In this document: piece by piece, positions 1-13,478 of the stretch | Position numbering within the stretch: the first letter of the stretch is position 1 | Layout: each line of letters begins with the position of its first letter | Assembly: GCF_001194135.2 (NCBI RefSeq) | Contig: NC_068992.1 | Location: forward strand, 8,405,743 to 8,469,414 | Direction: 5' to 3' | Source: Octopus bimaculoides | Taxonomy: Eukaryota | DNA length: 63,672 bases | The notes under the pieces: model-generated | What the model was told of the DNA's origin: nothing | Databases searched by the model: none | The model's input: the letters and a program-made list of their open reading frames with translations, nothing else | Position numbers and translations under genes: made by a program

Positions 1-666
1 TATATATATATATATATATGACCATCCCCAAGTATAACACTATATACACACATGTATAAATACACATACACACATATATGCATACATTTATATATAAACA
101 TATGTATGTGTGCTTCATTGCACTTATTCTATATTTCTATGTATATGAGGACTATATTTCTATGCATGCTGTGCTTTTTACATTCAACTATTAGCTAGCA
201 CTGAGCACGACTCCTTCTAATGGTGCTAGACATGTTCAGTCTTACTGTTATTGCTATCAGAATCAATTCCAAGATCTTAAATGCTAATTCAATTCATGTT
301 TTCTTTACTCTTAATTTTAGTAATTTGACATGACTAGTCAATGCTATTGATATTAATATTTATTGTTGTTGTTGTTGTTGTTGTTCATATTAATTCTTGT
401 GTTATAGATATTTTTTTAAAAAATCATTTTATGATTGGAGTGTTTTCTTTTTAATTTTCTCTTTCAATCTTTGTATGCTGAGAATACTCATTATTAATTG
501 AATTTTTGTCACAGGTTATTTACAACTATTTGATGTAGAAATTAGTTTAGTTGTAATTGGTAATTTTGTGTCAAATATTATGAAACTGGTTGACATATAC
601 ATATATATGCAATATATGTGCATACATATGTGCATCAATGCTGGGTTTTATATACACACACACACA

Positions 667-784
667 CATCATCATCATCATCATCATCGTTTAACGTCTG
701 CTTTCCATGCTAGCGTGGGTTGGACGATTTGACTGAGGACTGGTGAACCGGATGGCTACACAAGGCTCCAATCTGATTTGGCAG
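667..784 (-). mobile_element. (GAT)n-tailed retroposon 3' end (family D)
   Basis: catcatcatcgtttaacgtctgctttccatgctagc... shared with many copies. Confidence 0.8.
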
Positions 785-1268
785 TAAATATCAAACAATG
801 AGAACGAGTGTTCAACACTGCATTGGTGGAGAAAGATTCTTTACTTGTGGATTAAGGCAACTGGCCATAGCCAACCCAAATATCCCCCTTGTTTTGTGCT
901 CAAACAGGCCAGATCTGGCCTCTTACACCTACCTTTCAATGCCATTCTAAAAGTAAACAATTACACCATCGAAATCGTGAAGCTACAAGATAATGCATGA
1001 TTAATTAAAAACAGTGTAAATAAATAAGCATTACATTTGACAGAGTAATCTGTATACTGAAAGGTTAAGTAGTACAATCTTTGTCCATCTAAGCATGATA
1101 TTTAATCACTAAGAGTGCACAACAGCTCCACCTGGCAAAAGGGGTGGACAAAATAAGTACTAGGCTTAAAAGAAAAAATGAGTACTGGAGTCAATTCATT
1201 GAACTAAAAATTCTTCAAGGCAGTACCCCAGCATGACCACAGTCTAATGACTGAAACAAATAAAAGAT

Positions 1269-1301
<33 letters not shown>

Positions 1302-3391
1302 NNNNNNNNNNNNNNNNNNNNNNNNNNNNNNNNNNNNNNNNNNNNNNNNNNNNNNNNNNNNNNNNNNNNNNNNNNNNNNNNNNNNNNNNNNNNNNNNNNN
1401 NNNNNNNNNNNNNNNNNNNNNNNNNNNNNNNNNNNNNNNNNNNNNNNNNNNNNNNNNNNNNNNNNNNNNNNNNNNNNNNNNNNNNNNNNNNNNNNNNNNN
1501 NNNNNNNNNNNNNNNNNNNNNNNNNNNNNNNNNNNNNNNNNNTGTGTGTCTGTGTGTGTCTGTGGGTGTGTGTGTGTGTCTGTGTGTGTGTGTACCAATT
1601 CCACCTGCAAAGTCTTGGTCATCCCAGGGTTACAGTAGAGCAAAACAATTATGAGTCAAAACTTCTGACATCACACTTTATTAAATTACAACTTGGTTTT
1701 CTATTGAGGATGTGAAATGCTTTCATTAAAAGGAAATTCATAAACCAGATTACCCAATGTTGTTTTAACACTGAAGAATAATTCAGTCTTTTACTCCTTT
1801 GGTGATAAATCTGAATTAATTCTATAAATCTGAACTAATTCCTTAAATCCATAAATCTGCATTAATTCTATTAACTAATCTAGAAATCGCTTTTCCTGTC
1901 ACTACACACAGATTAATTGATTGGGTGGTATAATGTTGAGCAACTTTATATCGTGAATGAAAATTAATATAACATGATGATGACATCTGTCTCTTATATC
2001 AGGAAGTATTTGTCAATAAGTCAGACATTCTTTATTTTGTTACACTGTGTTCCTCCCTTAGGAAACCCCTATGTGATCACAACATTTATTTCCTCTTATT
2101 TTTCAATTCTATACAGCATATTAATTTGGTCATTATGACCTACATATGTTTCCACTGCACAGACTACAGGCAGTTGCGGCTGCAACCTGGCATGATTTCT
2201 GGTGCAGCTTCTTCAGGGAACTTAACTGAGAGCCACCCCAGATTCTATCTGGATAATATATCCCTCCAAATGCATGTGTGTGTGTGTGGGGGGGGATTTC
2301 CTCACAGTGTTCCACAACTTATGTTCATTTGTTTATAATCCTGTAACTTAGCATTTCAGCAGAAGAGACTGATAAGTAACAAACTTTAAAAAATTAGTAG
2401 TGGGTTTAATTTGTTTGGCTAAACCCCTAAAGTAGTGCTTCAGTATGGCTACTGTTCAATGGCTGAAAGCAAGTAAAATGGAAACAAAAAGAAAAAAGAA
2501 AAAAATCTTTAAAACCTAGAATTTTCAAAGAATTTGAGCATTAGAAATTTATTAAAGATAGAATATGTTGTAGTCCTGAAGAGACAGTTTTAGCAATATT
2601 ATGTATGTTAAGAGGCAAGAAAATATGATTTGAAATGAGATATCATTATTTCCACTGTATGCAGTGAGAGCTGAAACAATGATTAACATATTTATTCTTA
2701 ATATATCCCAGCAGATTCAAATGTAAATATGTTAGTTGCTGTTGTGTAAGTCACAGAAGAACAGCTTCTTTTTATGACAACAATGTGTTCTAAGACACCA
2801 GTGTTTTGACATGCGTGTCATCAGTCAGAAATACCCAGATCTTTAAGCCTAAACAAGCTGGTGGCTTTGTTTATAATTTCAGCAAACTATTTACTGATCA
2901 GTGCTGATATCTGCCAACCAATAAAAAAAAAAATTGTTATTTGCTCTGTGAGCAGCAAGATCTGAAATGGTGATTTGCATATTTATTCTTAATGCGTTCC
3001 AACAGATTTGATGATTTGCAATGTTAATTCACTAGCAATGCTAATGCCATTAAACACGAAACAATGGTAAAAAATTATTTCACTCTTCATCCATAATAAA
3101 TTTACAGCTTATGTGTAAGTTGCAAAATCATTCCATAATTAACATTAACAGCTGTTAGAACCTGATTTCGATTTTCATTCAAAGTCACTTCACATTATTT
3201 ATATTGCTAATAACCTTCATCTTAATTAAAAGCAAATGTCAAATTTTTGCTATACACTAACTGCTAAAGAAATAAGTGAATTTAGGAAATCATAACAATC
3301 ACCTAACTCTAAGGCTGAGTCCTCCCTTTAGCAATCACATTTCTCTGTCAAGTGTAATTGCTTATTTATTCACATAGTTTTGAATTAATCA

Positions 3392-3654
3392 GGGCCGCTG
3401 GACTGGCTCCTGTGCAGGTGGCACGTAAAATACACCATTTCGAGCGTGGCCGTTGCCAGTACCACCTGACTGGCCTTCGTGCCGATGGCACGTAAAAGCA
3501 CCCACTATACTCTCGAAGTGGTTGGCGTTAGGAAGGGCATCCAGCTGTAGAACCTCTGCAAGATCAGACTGGAGCCTGGTGTAGCCACCTGGTCCACCAT
3601 TCCTCAGTCAAATCATCCAACCCATGCTAGCATGGAAAGCGGACGTTAAACGAC

Positions 3655-3687
<33 letters not shown>
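3392..3687 (+). mobile_element. Family D copy
   Basis: Internal ~60-bp tandem unit with ggtggcacgtaaaa, ggcgttaggaagggcatccagctgtag, and a gaaagcggacgttaaac(GAT)n tail. Confidence 0.85.
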
Positions 3688-4113
3688 AATTGTTTATTTT
3701 AAGACTGACATTGTAAGGTAGGTGTGAGAAGTCAGATCTAGCTGGTTTGAACATAAAACATGTAGAATATATGGTTGGTTTAAATGCTAAAGGGTTAAAA
3801 GCACTGATTTATTGTGTAGGTAACAATGCTGTTGGTGTCAGAAAAAGATCACTTGCATTTCTATAATCACCATCTCTGATCTGGTATTTATAAAAGTTAA
3901 TCAATTAAAAAGTTTCTAGATAACCACATGATCTCTTGTAATTATATATATATAATGGATAGCCTACTTACGAATTAGCTGATAGGTGAATTCACTGAAA
4001 ATATTATTGCTCTAGACAGTTTACACACACACACACTCATACACACATGCACAAAGAAAGATACATACACGTAAAAATACTGAGACATAAATATATGCAT
4101 ATATATGTGCATA

Positions 4114-4151
<38 letters not shown>

Positions 4152-4176
4152 CACACATATTCTTATATAAATTCAA

Positions 4177-4214
<38 letters not shown>

Positions 4215-5357
4215 TAAAAAGAAATATAATGAAAACTAGACGTGATTGTTAATGGCATCAAACCACTTATTAGATAGTTATTCAGATACAAGTTAAAATA
4301 TATAATTAAACAGAAAAACGAAAAAGGAAAATCAGGAAAGCAACGGTTCATAGTAATTCTTCATATCTTTAAAGTTCATACTTTAATATCATAGATAAAA
4401 GAAAGGAGAATCCAAGTAGTTCATCATAGTGATTCTTCACAGAAAGGTAGGCAAATGTCCAGAGATCATACTGAAACCTCTTACATAAGTAAAAGATAAA
4501 GATATATATATATAGGAAAAAGTATGATAAACACAAGAGGCATTTGTTCCTTACATATGTTTCATCATTGCAGGTATTTGCATCTGATGCAGTAAATGTT
4601 CACAGTGCATTTGGAATCTGTTATTACATCATAATGTAATAGCATGCTCTCCTGAAAAAATCCACATGTAGCGGATGCAAATAACCACAATGGTGAAACA
4701 TGCATAAGGAACAAATGGCATAAACTGCCTCTTGTGTTTACCATACTTTACCTATACTCTTTTACTTGTTTCAGTAAAAGAGTATCCTATGATCACAAGT
4801 CCAGCACTGAACCACATGCCTTCATATATTTGTGGGTGTGGTGTGTGTTTGTGTGTGTATATGTATCTGTATACATGTGGCTGTGTGTGCACTTTACTGT
4901 CTCTAAATGCATTGCTATCAAATATTGTTGTATATTTGTCTTATTCCTGACTTTAGAATGCTTGATGTGTATTCCTCTGCATGCATGAGTGTGTGTGTGT
5001 GGTGGGGGGTGGCTTTCTCTCAGTTTTCTAAGCCTGTCAAAAATATCTTTAAAAATATTATGAATGCTTGTCTTGTCCTACTGACCCATTGGGAATAAAT
5101 TGCACTACAGACTCAAAATTCAAAACAGTTATTTTGTTGAAGTTTCAAAATTTTATTTTTTAATCTGTCATTTTATTTCATTTCAGTTAATCTTAAATAT
5201 TAAGATTACATTTATTGTCATGCTTTGTTGTGTCTTTTTGTTTTTATTCTTATTGCTATTTTACTTCATAGTTAAATTGACAATTCTATTTCAGTTGAAA
5301 TGATAATTTTATTTCAGCTTTGCTTTAATCTATTTTATGTGTTTGTTTAAACATTTG

Positions 5358-5402
<45 letters not shown>

Positions 5403-5912
5403 TGGGTATTGGGGGTGGATATCAAGTTCATACAGTCACCTGTAACAATGTTGCTATAACTAATCAAATAAGCAAGTCTTCACATTTACTAGTCATTTGT
5501 TAATGGAATCTAGCATTTATAATTTCATAATAGAATATGTAAATTCATAAATCTTACATTCACTCTGTTTTAATTATCTACAATAAACATTATTAGTGAT
5601 GCCAACCAAGATATCAAATGCAATCAACTATAAGTCTAAATAACCAATGAATACCACACAAACATCAAAGCTTGTTTCAAGTATTGAACTTTGTTTCAAA
5701 ACCAGGCCAACACAGCACAACATAATACTGAGCCAACAGAAGAGCCCTTACACCATGGCTTGACATGCTAGGCAAAACTGCTAAATGCCCCGCAAATCTT
5801 AGAAAATACATCGTATGATATGACAAGAAAAAGAGGTGGGAGGTCCTGGTTGGAACCCCTTTGGTCATAGATATGCTCAGTCAGGAGCGAAGTGAAAAAA
5901 CATTATAATATA

Positions 5913-6322
5913 CTCTTTACTCTCTTTTACTCTTTTACTTGTTTCAGTCATTTGACTGTGGCCATGCTGGAGCACCGCCTTTTAGTCGAGCTAATCGACC
6001 CCAGGACTTATTCTTTGTAAGCCTAGTACTTATTCTATCGGTCTCTTTAGCCGAACCGCTAAGTTATGGGGACGTAAGCACACCAGCATCGGTTGTCAAG
6101 CGATGTTGGGGGGACAAACACAGACACACAAACATATACACACACATACATATATATATACATATATACGACGGCTTCTTTCAGTTTCCGTCTACCAAAT
6201 CCACTCACAAGGCTTTGGTCGGCCCGAGGCTATAGTAGAAGACACTTGCCCAAGTTGCCGTGCAGTGGGACTGAACCCAGAACCATGTGGTTGGTAAGCA
6301 AGCTACTTACCACACAGCCACT
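5913..6322 (-). mobile_element. Near full-length tRNA-derived SINE with CORE-like domain (family A)
   Basis: Minus-strand head TGGCTGTGTGG...GGTTCAGTCCC, CTTGGGCAAG core-like motif, internal CA/TA microsatellite, (GAGTAAAA)n tail; many copies in the window. Confidence 0.85.
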
Positions 6323-7383
6323 AGTGATATAAACAAGAGTGCATTTTGCACCAAATGCCAATATGAGAGTTTCTGCTGCAGTATCTACCGCAGTATAATT
6401 TGTTCTAAAAGAACTTCCATGTCTAAGTGAGGATAAATATTACCTCTCAATATTAATATTGCCTTTGTTACTAATATATATATTTTTAACAAAAATAAAC
6501 ACCATTTCATTAAAATGTGAGGAACAATGAATGAGCGATTCCTCCATTTGGAAAAGGAGCTGTATGCCTTACTACTACTTGAACCCTTTACTCCCTATGG
6601 AGTATAGGTCATCAATGACTTTTCTTCCCCATTCACTACTCCTTTCTGCTTCTCTCCAGTTAGAGTTGGATCCTTATTTTTTCAGCTCTGCCTCCATTTC
6701 CTCGTGGATTCTGCTGCCCCATGACATATGTTCCCCTAAGGGAAGGTTTTCCTGTCTCACGTTTTGTTGGTTTTGAACTGTAATCCATGTTTCTGTAACT
6801 TTACACACACACACACACATATAATGTGCATACAAATACACACACACACACACATATAATGTGCATACAAATACACACACACACACATGTATATATTTAT
6901 AAACATACAGTAAATACATACATGCAAACATAGAAAGAAATAACCATACATTACCTCATACTCAGAGGACTGTGCTAAGCTCCAACAACTGGTGACTGTC
7001 AGGTAACTTCCCATTAGCATAATAATTGGTTACATTATATACATAAGTTCTGTTCTTTTCAGAGGCACATAATGGATCATAATTATATACATAAACATAT
7101 ATAAGCATAATTGAATATAGATTGATATGACACACTGATTGAGAAACCCAGTTGCTGCTTGTAATGTTCATGTTGTGTTGTTACTCTTCATTATGTTCTG
7201 ACTATGAACTTCATTTACATTTATATTTAATAGCTATATTCGTGTCTGTCTAAATTATCCTACAGTCATCATCAATTAATTGTTTTATAAAATTTATTGT
7301 TGTCTAGATGCTCTCCTTTTTAAACACAACTGTCCATTACTGACTGATTGGTAATTAATTTAAACACATCTGTTCTCTCATAG

Positions 7384-7471
7384 GTTACTTCCTGTTCGCT
7401 TCTGAAAAGTATAGCATTTTTGAAGGTGGTGGTGTACTGGAAGTTGATGTTCTTTTTGCGAGAGCTTTACA
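7384..7471 (+). CDS. NCX: Na+/Ca2+ exchanger (SLC8/NCX-like) exon, start of Calx-beta domain 1: (G)YFLFASEKYSIFEGGGVLEVDVLFARAL(Q)
   Basis: tctctcatag acceptor and CA|gtaag donor; phase 1 in, phase 2 out; F..Y...E..G.L.V.V pattern of Calx-beta strands A-B; not in the ORF track. Confidence 0.8.
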
Positions 7472-9701
7472 GTAAGTAACAGCTTTTAACTCTTAATGCA
7501 GGACTTAATCAAGGGCATTTATGCTCTCTTGCAGTGAGTGAACAAAAGGATGGTAGTATGGGATGTTATCTCTTGTATTGCTTTCTATAAATAAATACAA
7601 TAAAATCCTAATCACTTTCTTTCTTGTTCTCCTCCTTGTTATCCACATATAAAGTAAAACCAAACTATATATGGCTTTTGAAAGTATACTAGCATCTCAT
7701 AGGATTGAATTTTTTTATAATTTCAACAGTTTGTCACAGAAGATGTGGGAATGATTTGGTCAATATTTCATGGGTCTTGTATTGTGAAAAGGTTAGAAAC
7801 TACCGACTTAGAACTCTTTGAGTCATTGGCTGTCATTCATATTGGAGGACAAATGTCTGTTTGATGCCAACTCATGTAAATTATGCCTGTACCATTTAGC
7901 TTTGTATCTGTTGTCAATGAGAGCTGTCTGGAATGATATTATGAGATTTCAAGAGATTTCTAAACTACTGAGCTCAAGGTGTTTGCCAATGTATTATGTT
8001 GAATATTTATTAGATCTAGAAATATTGAATATGATATAGACTTGCATCTCATCTGGATGAGGAGCAGTTATTTCTTATTCTTTTAATACTGTAATAAAAC
8101 ATACGTAGCTACATAATAAAAAATCATCTGGTACTTAGAGGCTGAGTGCAATAGAAGAGTGTAGCTATTCATTCAAGTGTGTACTAACTGTCCTCAATAG
8201 AATATTTATCAGCAATTTCCCTTCACTTATAGTAGGTTAAATGGAGGATTATGTCTCCGTAATTAATAAAAGTTTGTCTAATATAAAGGATTCTTGTTAG
8301 TGTTATCTTGCTTCAAGATGTACTGGACCAGATGGAATTAAATGCCAATGCTATAGTGCCAGTAATGGAATGTGAACCATTGTCTCATCTGCCAATGGCC
8401 CCATATTTTATTGGCTCCCATAGCTTTAACCCTACATCCCTGCATAGAATTGCATGTATTCTCTTCTTCGGCCCTTCTGTCATATTTTCATATCCCTCAA
8501 TACTATACCTCATTCGGTTGAGGTATCTTGTCTTTCAAGTCCTTAGCAACTTCATTAGTATTGGTTCCACAAAATAAAGCACACAGAAAATTCTGTTAAG
8601 TGGTTGGTGTTAGGAAGGGCATCCAGTTGTAGAAACCATGTCAAAGCAAATACTGGACCTCAATGCACTCCCTCTCGCTCGTCAATTCTTGTTGAACCAT
8701 CCAACCCATGCCAGCATGGAAAACGATATGTCAAATGATGATGATGATGATGACAGGAATGCATTGGAGAAACATAACCCTTTGCGCTGTCCACAGTAAA
8801 TTACTGCTACACAGTGAATGTAGTGCAGAAAGTTGATACTGAAACTGAATGGGAATTTTAATTCAGCTTGTAAAGAAACAAAACTATATATCATAATTTA
8901 ATTATCATGCTGATACACTAACATCAGAATTAACTACAGAAGAGTGATAAATGGGGATTAGGAAATATTTTTAGAAGTCAACTAACGATACTTTCAGACA
9001 AAACAAGCAACGGAGGCATCTTCAAACATTTCTGGAATCTTAGTCATTAACTGAAGTATATTTTTCGTCATTGTTTGTTGATAATTTTGTAACTAGTTTA
9101 GACACGTTTGTAAAATTTTGGTGTTGGGAAATGTGATTAATTGATAATTTAATTACAAAAGGGTGCTAACAATATATTTTATAATAAAAAGGTGGCTTCC
9201 AATGTATTCAACATCTAAAATCACTAGAGAAGATTTAAATACAGTGACTAACTAAGAAACAATATTATGGGTTAGCTAATATTACTTAGACAATTAAATT
9301 AAATTACATTTTCTGTGTTTTTTACTTACAAACATTTCTATATTGTAAGTTAGTTACTGCATGAAAAGCAAGTCCCAGCAAAGACTATAATTCCACTGAT
9401 GATGACTAAAAAAGCAGAAACATTTGAAGTTCTCTCTCTTGCTTGCTCCACCTATGAATATTATTAGCTGACACCCTAATATTTTTCATACTCATGTATT
9501 TAACCCCAATGGGGTTATTTCTGTTATTTAATATATCGGATTTAATTAAACCCACCTTTTTATTAAATAATTTAATGTTTTTATTCCACTGATCTCATCC
9601 ACTACTGAAATAAACTACCGTTGGTTAGTTGGTTGGTTGGTAGTGCTATAAAAACTATCAGTGAGGCTAAATAATCACATTTTTATCTCTTTCTCTTCCA
9701 G

Positions 9702-9723
9702 AATTCCTGAAAGAAAAAAAGCC
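9702..9723 (+). CDS. NCX: NCX-like 22-nt microexon: (Q)IPERKKA
   Basis: Long pyrimidine tract ttttatctctttctcttccag and GCC|gtaagt consensus donor; phase 2 in matches the previous exon, phase 0 out matches exon 13316. Confidence 0.65.
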
Positions 9724-10747
9724 GTAAGTTTTGACTATTCATACTTTCATTTTATTAAGGATTATATGTCTTACTTTGCTTAAAAAAAAACAACATGCTT
9801 TTAATGCAATCAGAAGCTATCAAATTAGGTCTAACTAATTGGGGAACATCTAAATTTTGAATATGTATTCTACAAGAGAGCAATTTCAAATTGAACTATG
9901 GACAGCAATATTCCAGTTAGCTTTTTAATGATACTGATTATAAAATATTGTCCACACTATTAGACAAGGCTCTCTCTTTAGTGTTTTAGAACATGACCTT
10001 TAAGCCAAGTATTGAGAAGAAGACCCATCAAGCCAAGTAAAATGGCTCTTCCCATGGACCGCAAATTAAATTTGTATACACAAATTAAATTTGTATACAC
10101 AAATTAAACCTGTGCCATGGAGGAATGTAGTGGCGGACAAAAAACAAGACAGGAAAACAAACGGAAAAGAAAACAAGACAGGTAAACAAACGGAAAAGGC
10201 TATGCGGCCAGACGTGAAAAATTATGTGTATATGAACGCTGTGAGGCACGAACTGAATGCCGAAGTAAGTTCACGTGTTTGCTCGGTGATAGCCAAGGAA
10301 GAAAAGGATTAGTGACCAGAAGCATGTGACCAAGGAGGGGTAAGGAAGAGAGAGAGTGGTAGAGGGAGAAACAAGGGGAGGAAGTAGAAGAATAAGTGAG
10401 CAACGGAGGAAAGAGAGGAATATAGTAGTAACAGAAGGAAGAACGAGAGGGGAAAGAGAGATACGTAGTAGTAACAGAGGAAGAACGAGAGGGGGAGAAA
10501 GTGATATAGAAAGAGATAGAGTCGCGTCAGAAAATATAAGGTTGAAAAAACTACTTACAAAAAGAATGACGCAGGCGTTCGATCATGTAAAACAAATAAT
10601 AAATGAGTATATGCATATATACGTACAGGTATGTGCATACCTACGTCTACCTGTATAAATAGGTGCATATCTGGGTACAAGACATATATATATATATATA
10701 TATATATGACAAATAATAAATGAGTATATGCATATATACGTACAGGT

Positions 10748-11562
10748 NNNNNNNNNNNNNNNNNNNNNNNNNNNNNNNNNNNNNNNNNNNNNNNNNNNNN
10801 NNNNNNNNNNNNNNNNNNNNNNNNNNNNNNNNNNNNNNNNNNNNNNNNNNNNNNNNNNNNNNNNNNNNNNNNNNNNNNNNNNNNNNNNNNNNNNNNNNNN
10901 NNNNNNNNNNNNNNNNNNNNNNNNNNNNNNNNNNNNNNNNNNNNNNNNNNNNNNNNNNNNNNNNNNNNNNNNNNNNNNNNNNNNNNNNNNNNNNNNNNNN
11001 NNNNNNNNNNNNNNNNNNNNNNNNNNNNNNNNNNNNNNNNNNNNNNNNNNNNNNNNNNNNNNNNNNNNNNNNNNNNNNNNNNNNNNNNNNNNNNNNNNNN
11101 NNNNNNNNNNNNNNNNNNNNNNNNNNNNNNNNNNNNNNNNNNNNNNNNNNNNNNNNNNNNNNNNNNNNNNNNNNNNNNNNNNNNNNNNNNNNNNNNNNNN
11201 NNNNNNNNNNNNNNNNNNNNNNNNNNNNNNNNNNNNNNNNNNNNNNNNNNNNNNNNNNNNNNNNNNNNNNNNNNNNNNNNNNNNNNNNNNNNNNNNNNNN
11301 NNNNNNNNNNNNNNNNNNNNNNNNNNNNNNNNNNNNNNNNNNNNNNNNNNNNNNNNNNNNNNNNNNNNNNNNNNNNNNNNNNNNNNNNNNNNNNNNNNNN
11401 NNNNNNNNNNNNNNNNNNNNNNNNNNNNNNNNNNNNNNNNNNNNNNNNNNNNNNNNNNNNNNNNNNNNNNNNNNNNNNNNNNNNNNNNNNNNNNNNNNNN
11501 NNNNNNNNNNNNNNNNNNNNNNNNNNNNNNNNNNNNNNNNNNNNNNNNNNNNNNNNNNNNNN
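10748..11562. other. Assembly gap (815 N) inside the NCX-like gene
   Basis: N run; other large gaps at 1302-1542, 44573-44940, 50362-50827 and 56887-57055. Confidence 1.
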
Positions 11563-11851
11563 GATCGTTGCCAGTGCCGGTGAACTGGTTCCTGTGCAGG
11601 TGGCACGTAAGATACACCATTTTGAGCGTGGCCATTGCCAGTACCGCCTGACTGGCCCTCGTGCTGGTGGCACGTAAAAGCACCCACTACACTCTCGGAG
11701 TGGTTGGCACGAGGAAGGGCATCCAGCTGTAGAAACTCTGCCAAATCAGATTGGAGCCTGGTGCAGCCTTCTGGCTTGCCAGTCCTCAGTCAAATCGTCC
11801 AACCCATGCTAGCATGGAAAGCGGACGTTAAATGATGATGATGATGATGAT
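11563..11851 (+). mobile_element. Family D copy
   Basis: High identity to 3392-3687. Confidence 0.85.
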
Positions 11852-12311
11852 TAACCCTCTAACTGCTAAATTAAATTTCATGTTTATTTCAGTAATGATG
11901 TTAAATATTGTGGGTGTATTTGATTTATATTATTTGTTAAATATTGTGGATTTATTTTATTTGTTTGAAATACTTTAATCACATGACCATAAACTACCAA
12001 ATGACTCATCAATGTTCCTTCCCTTGAGCCTTTGTGGCTGGTTGATCACCTAGAAATGGTAGCTGAATTTCTATCTAAATGAAGAAAATATTGGAAAATG
12101 TATTCCTACACACACTATGCCTTGATAAAAAGAAACATAATAACCCTGATTGGCTTACCTCTGATCATAGATCCAACCCATCAGAAGTTTAGCCTAACAC
12201 TCACCCAATCAAGGGTACATCCTACTGATTATTTTTGTTTACTTCTAGAACATCAGCCCCACATTAAGCCTTCATACTAACCTAGGGCTAATCAAGAACA
12301 ATGTTTACTTA

Positions 12312-12658
12312 TACCAGGCTGATCTTTCTGAATTGACGGGCACCACTTGTCATTTATGTTTTATGTAATGTTTTTGGCACCGAAACACTTTCAAACTTCA
12401 TATACTTGTATATTTTGTGTTATAGAACAGATAAAATTTTTGTATTCGAAGTTATTTCATGTAAAAAATTGTCGTATTTCGGTAATTTCAACCAATCACT
12501 GACGTCTATTGAGGTGAAAACAATTACTGCTATGAAATAGAAGGCTAAGAGAAAAAGATGTTTTATATGACACATTCTACCAGTATCCCAAGTTTGAAAG
12601 TGTTTTCTTAAGAAAACAAGTGGTGCCCATCAATTCAGAAAAATCCTACCAGGCTGAT
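12312..12658. mobile_element. MITE with 30-bp TIRs
   Basis: 12321-12350 versus 12616-12645 match 28/30 as inverted repeats. Confidence 0.75.
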
Positions 12659-13315
12659 GTTTTTCTACATTTGATTATTTTTAATGAAGGACTTAGCACA
12701 GTAGGTCTGATTTATGTGGACCCTGAAACATTCCTGGTTCCCTTTTTACAAGAAATCAGCCAGGAGAGTTTCAGTATTTCTCCTAAATGCCAGAGACAGG
12801 ACATAAATTCAACTCTTTAAACTGAGATCCTGACATTTATACAATTTTCATGACCCTTTAACCATTAGAAGAATACCTACAGTATTAAATAGCTCTCACA
12901 TTACATGCAATTTTGATCCTTCCATAACTCATATCTTCTATTAAATCACATATTGAACAAATCCACAACCCCTCTCAGGCCAATCCTATTGGTTCTTCAT
13001 TAATATTTTTATAAATAATTCAACTCCAACACCATTATTACAAGAGCTGCTCTCATTTTCAATATCTCTAACTTGTTTATAGATGACAAATATCTGCTTT
13101 AAACAAATGTGTATGTGTGTGTATGTGAGAGAGAGAGAGAGATAGAGACAGAGAGAGGTGGAGGGATGAGAGAATATTTGAAGTTATGATAGATTTTAAA
13201 CAATAAATGTGAGATACTATAAAATCCGATAAAGATTTACATTAACATAGACTACAAAACAATTTGCATTTTTAGTAATTTGAATGAAACAAATCTGTTT
13301 TATTTCCTTTAACAG

Positions 13316-13478
13316 GTATTTCGAGAAGATGAATACAGAAAGCAGATCAGTGTAGATATTCTCAGTGATGGATATACCACCAACACCATTGATTTCTTCC
13401 TGATATTAAAGAATCCTTCTGGCAATGCAGGTCTCGGGGATCCTTCTGTGGCTCATATCATCGTTATTGGTCGACATG
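13316..13478 (+). CDS. NCX: NCX-like exon, CBD1 strands E-G: VFREDEYRKQISVDILSDGYTTNTIDFFLILKNPSGNAGLGDPSVAHIIVIGRH
   Basis: tttcctttaacag acceptor, G|gtaag donor, 163 nt open; matches the Calx-beta F..E..K.I.V.I..D...F.L.L.NP...LG.PS.A pattern. Confidence 0.92.

Noticed and set aside
515-559. Possible 45-nt phase 1-1 exon (GYLQLFDVEISLVVIG) with cag/gtaat boundaries
   Set aside because: Phase-compatible with exon 7384, but no recognisable NCX motif, and such sites arise by chance in AT-rich DNA; needs RNA evidence
1215-1715. Long ORFs spanning N runs (also 10555-11744, 50174-50981, 56778-57359)
   Set aside because: Open only because N codons contain no stops
8301-8361. Possible phase 2-0 exon (HVILLQDVLDQMELNANAIVP)
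   Set aside because: Weak acceptor and no Calx-beta similarity
10060-10747. Clustered short tandem duplications (19, 29 and ~50 bp units) as a possible CRISPR-like array
   Set aside because: No constant repeat with unique spacers, no cas genes, eukaryotic context; ordinary slippage in a repeat next to a gap
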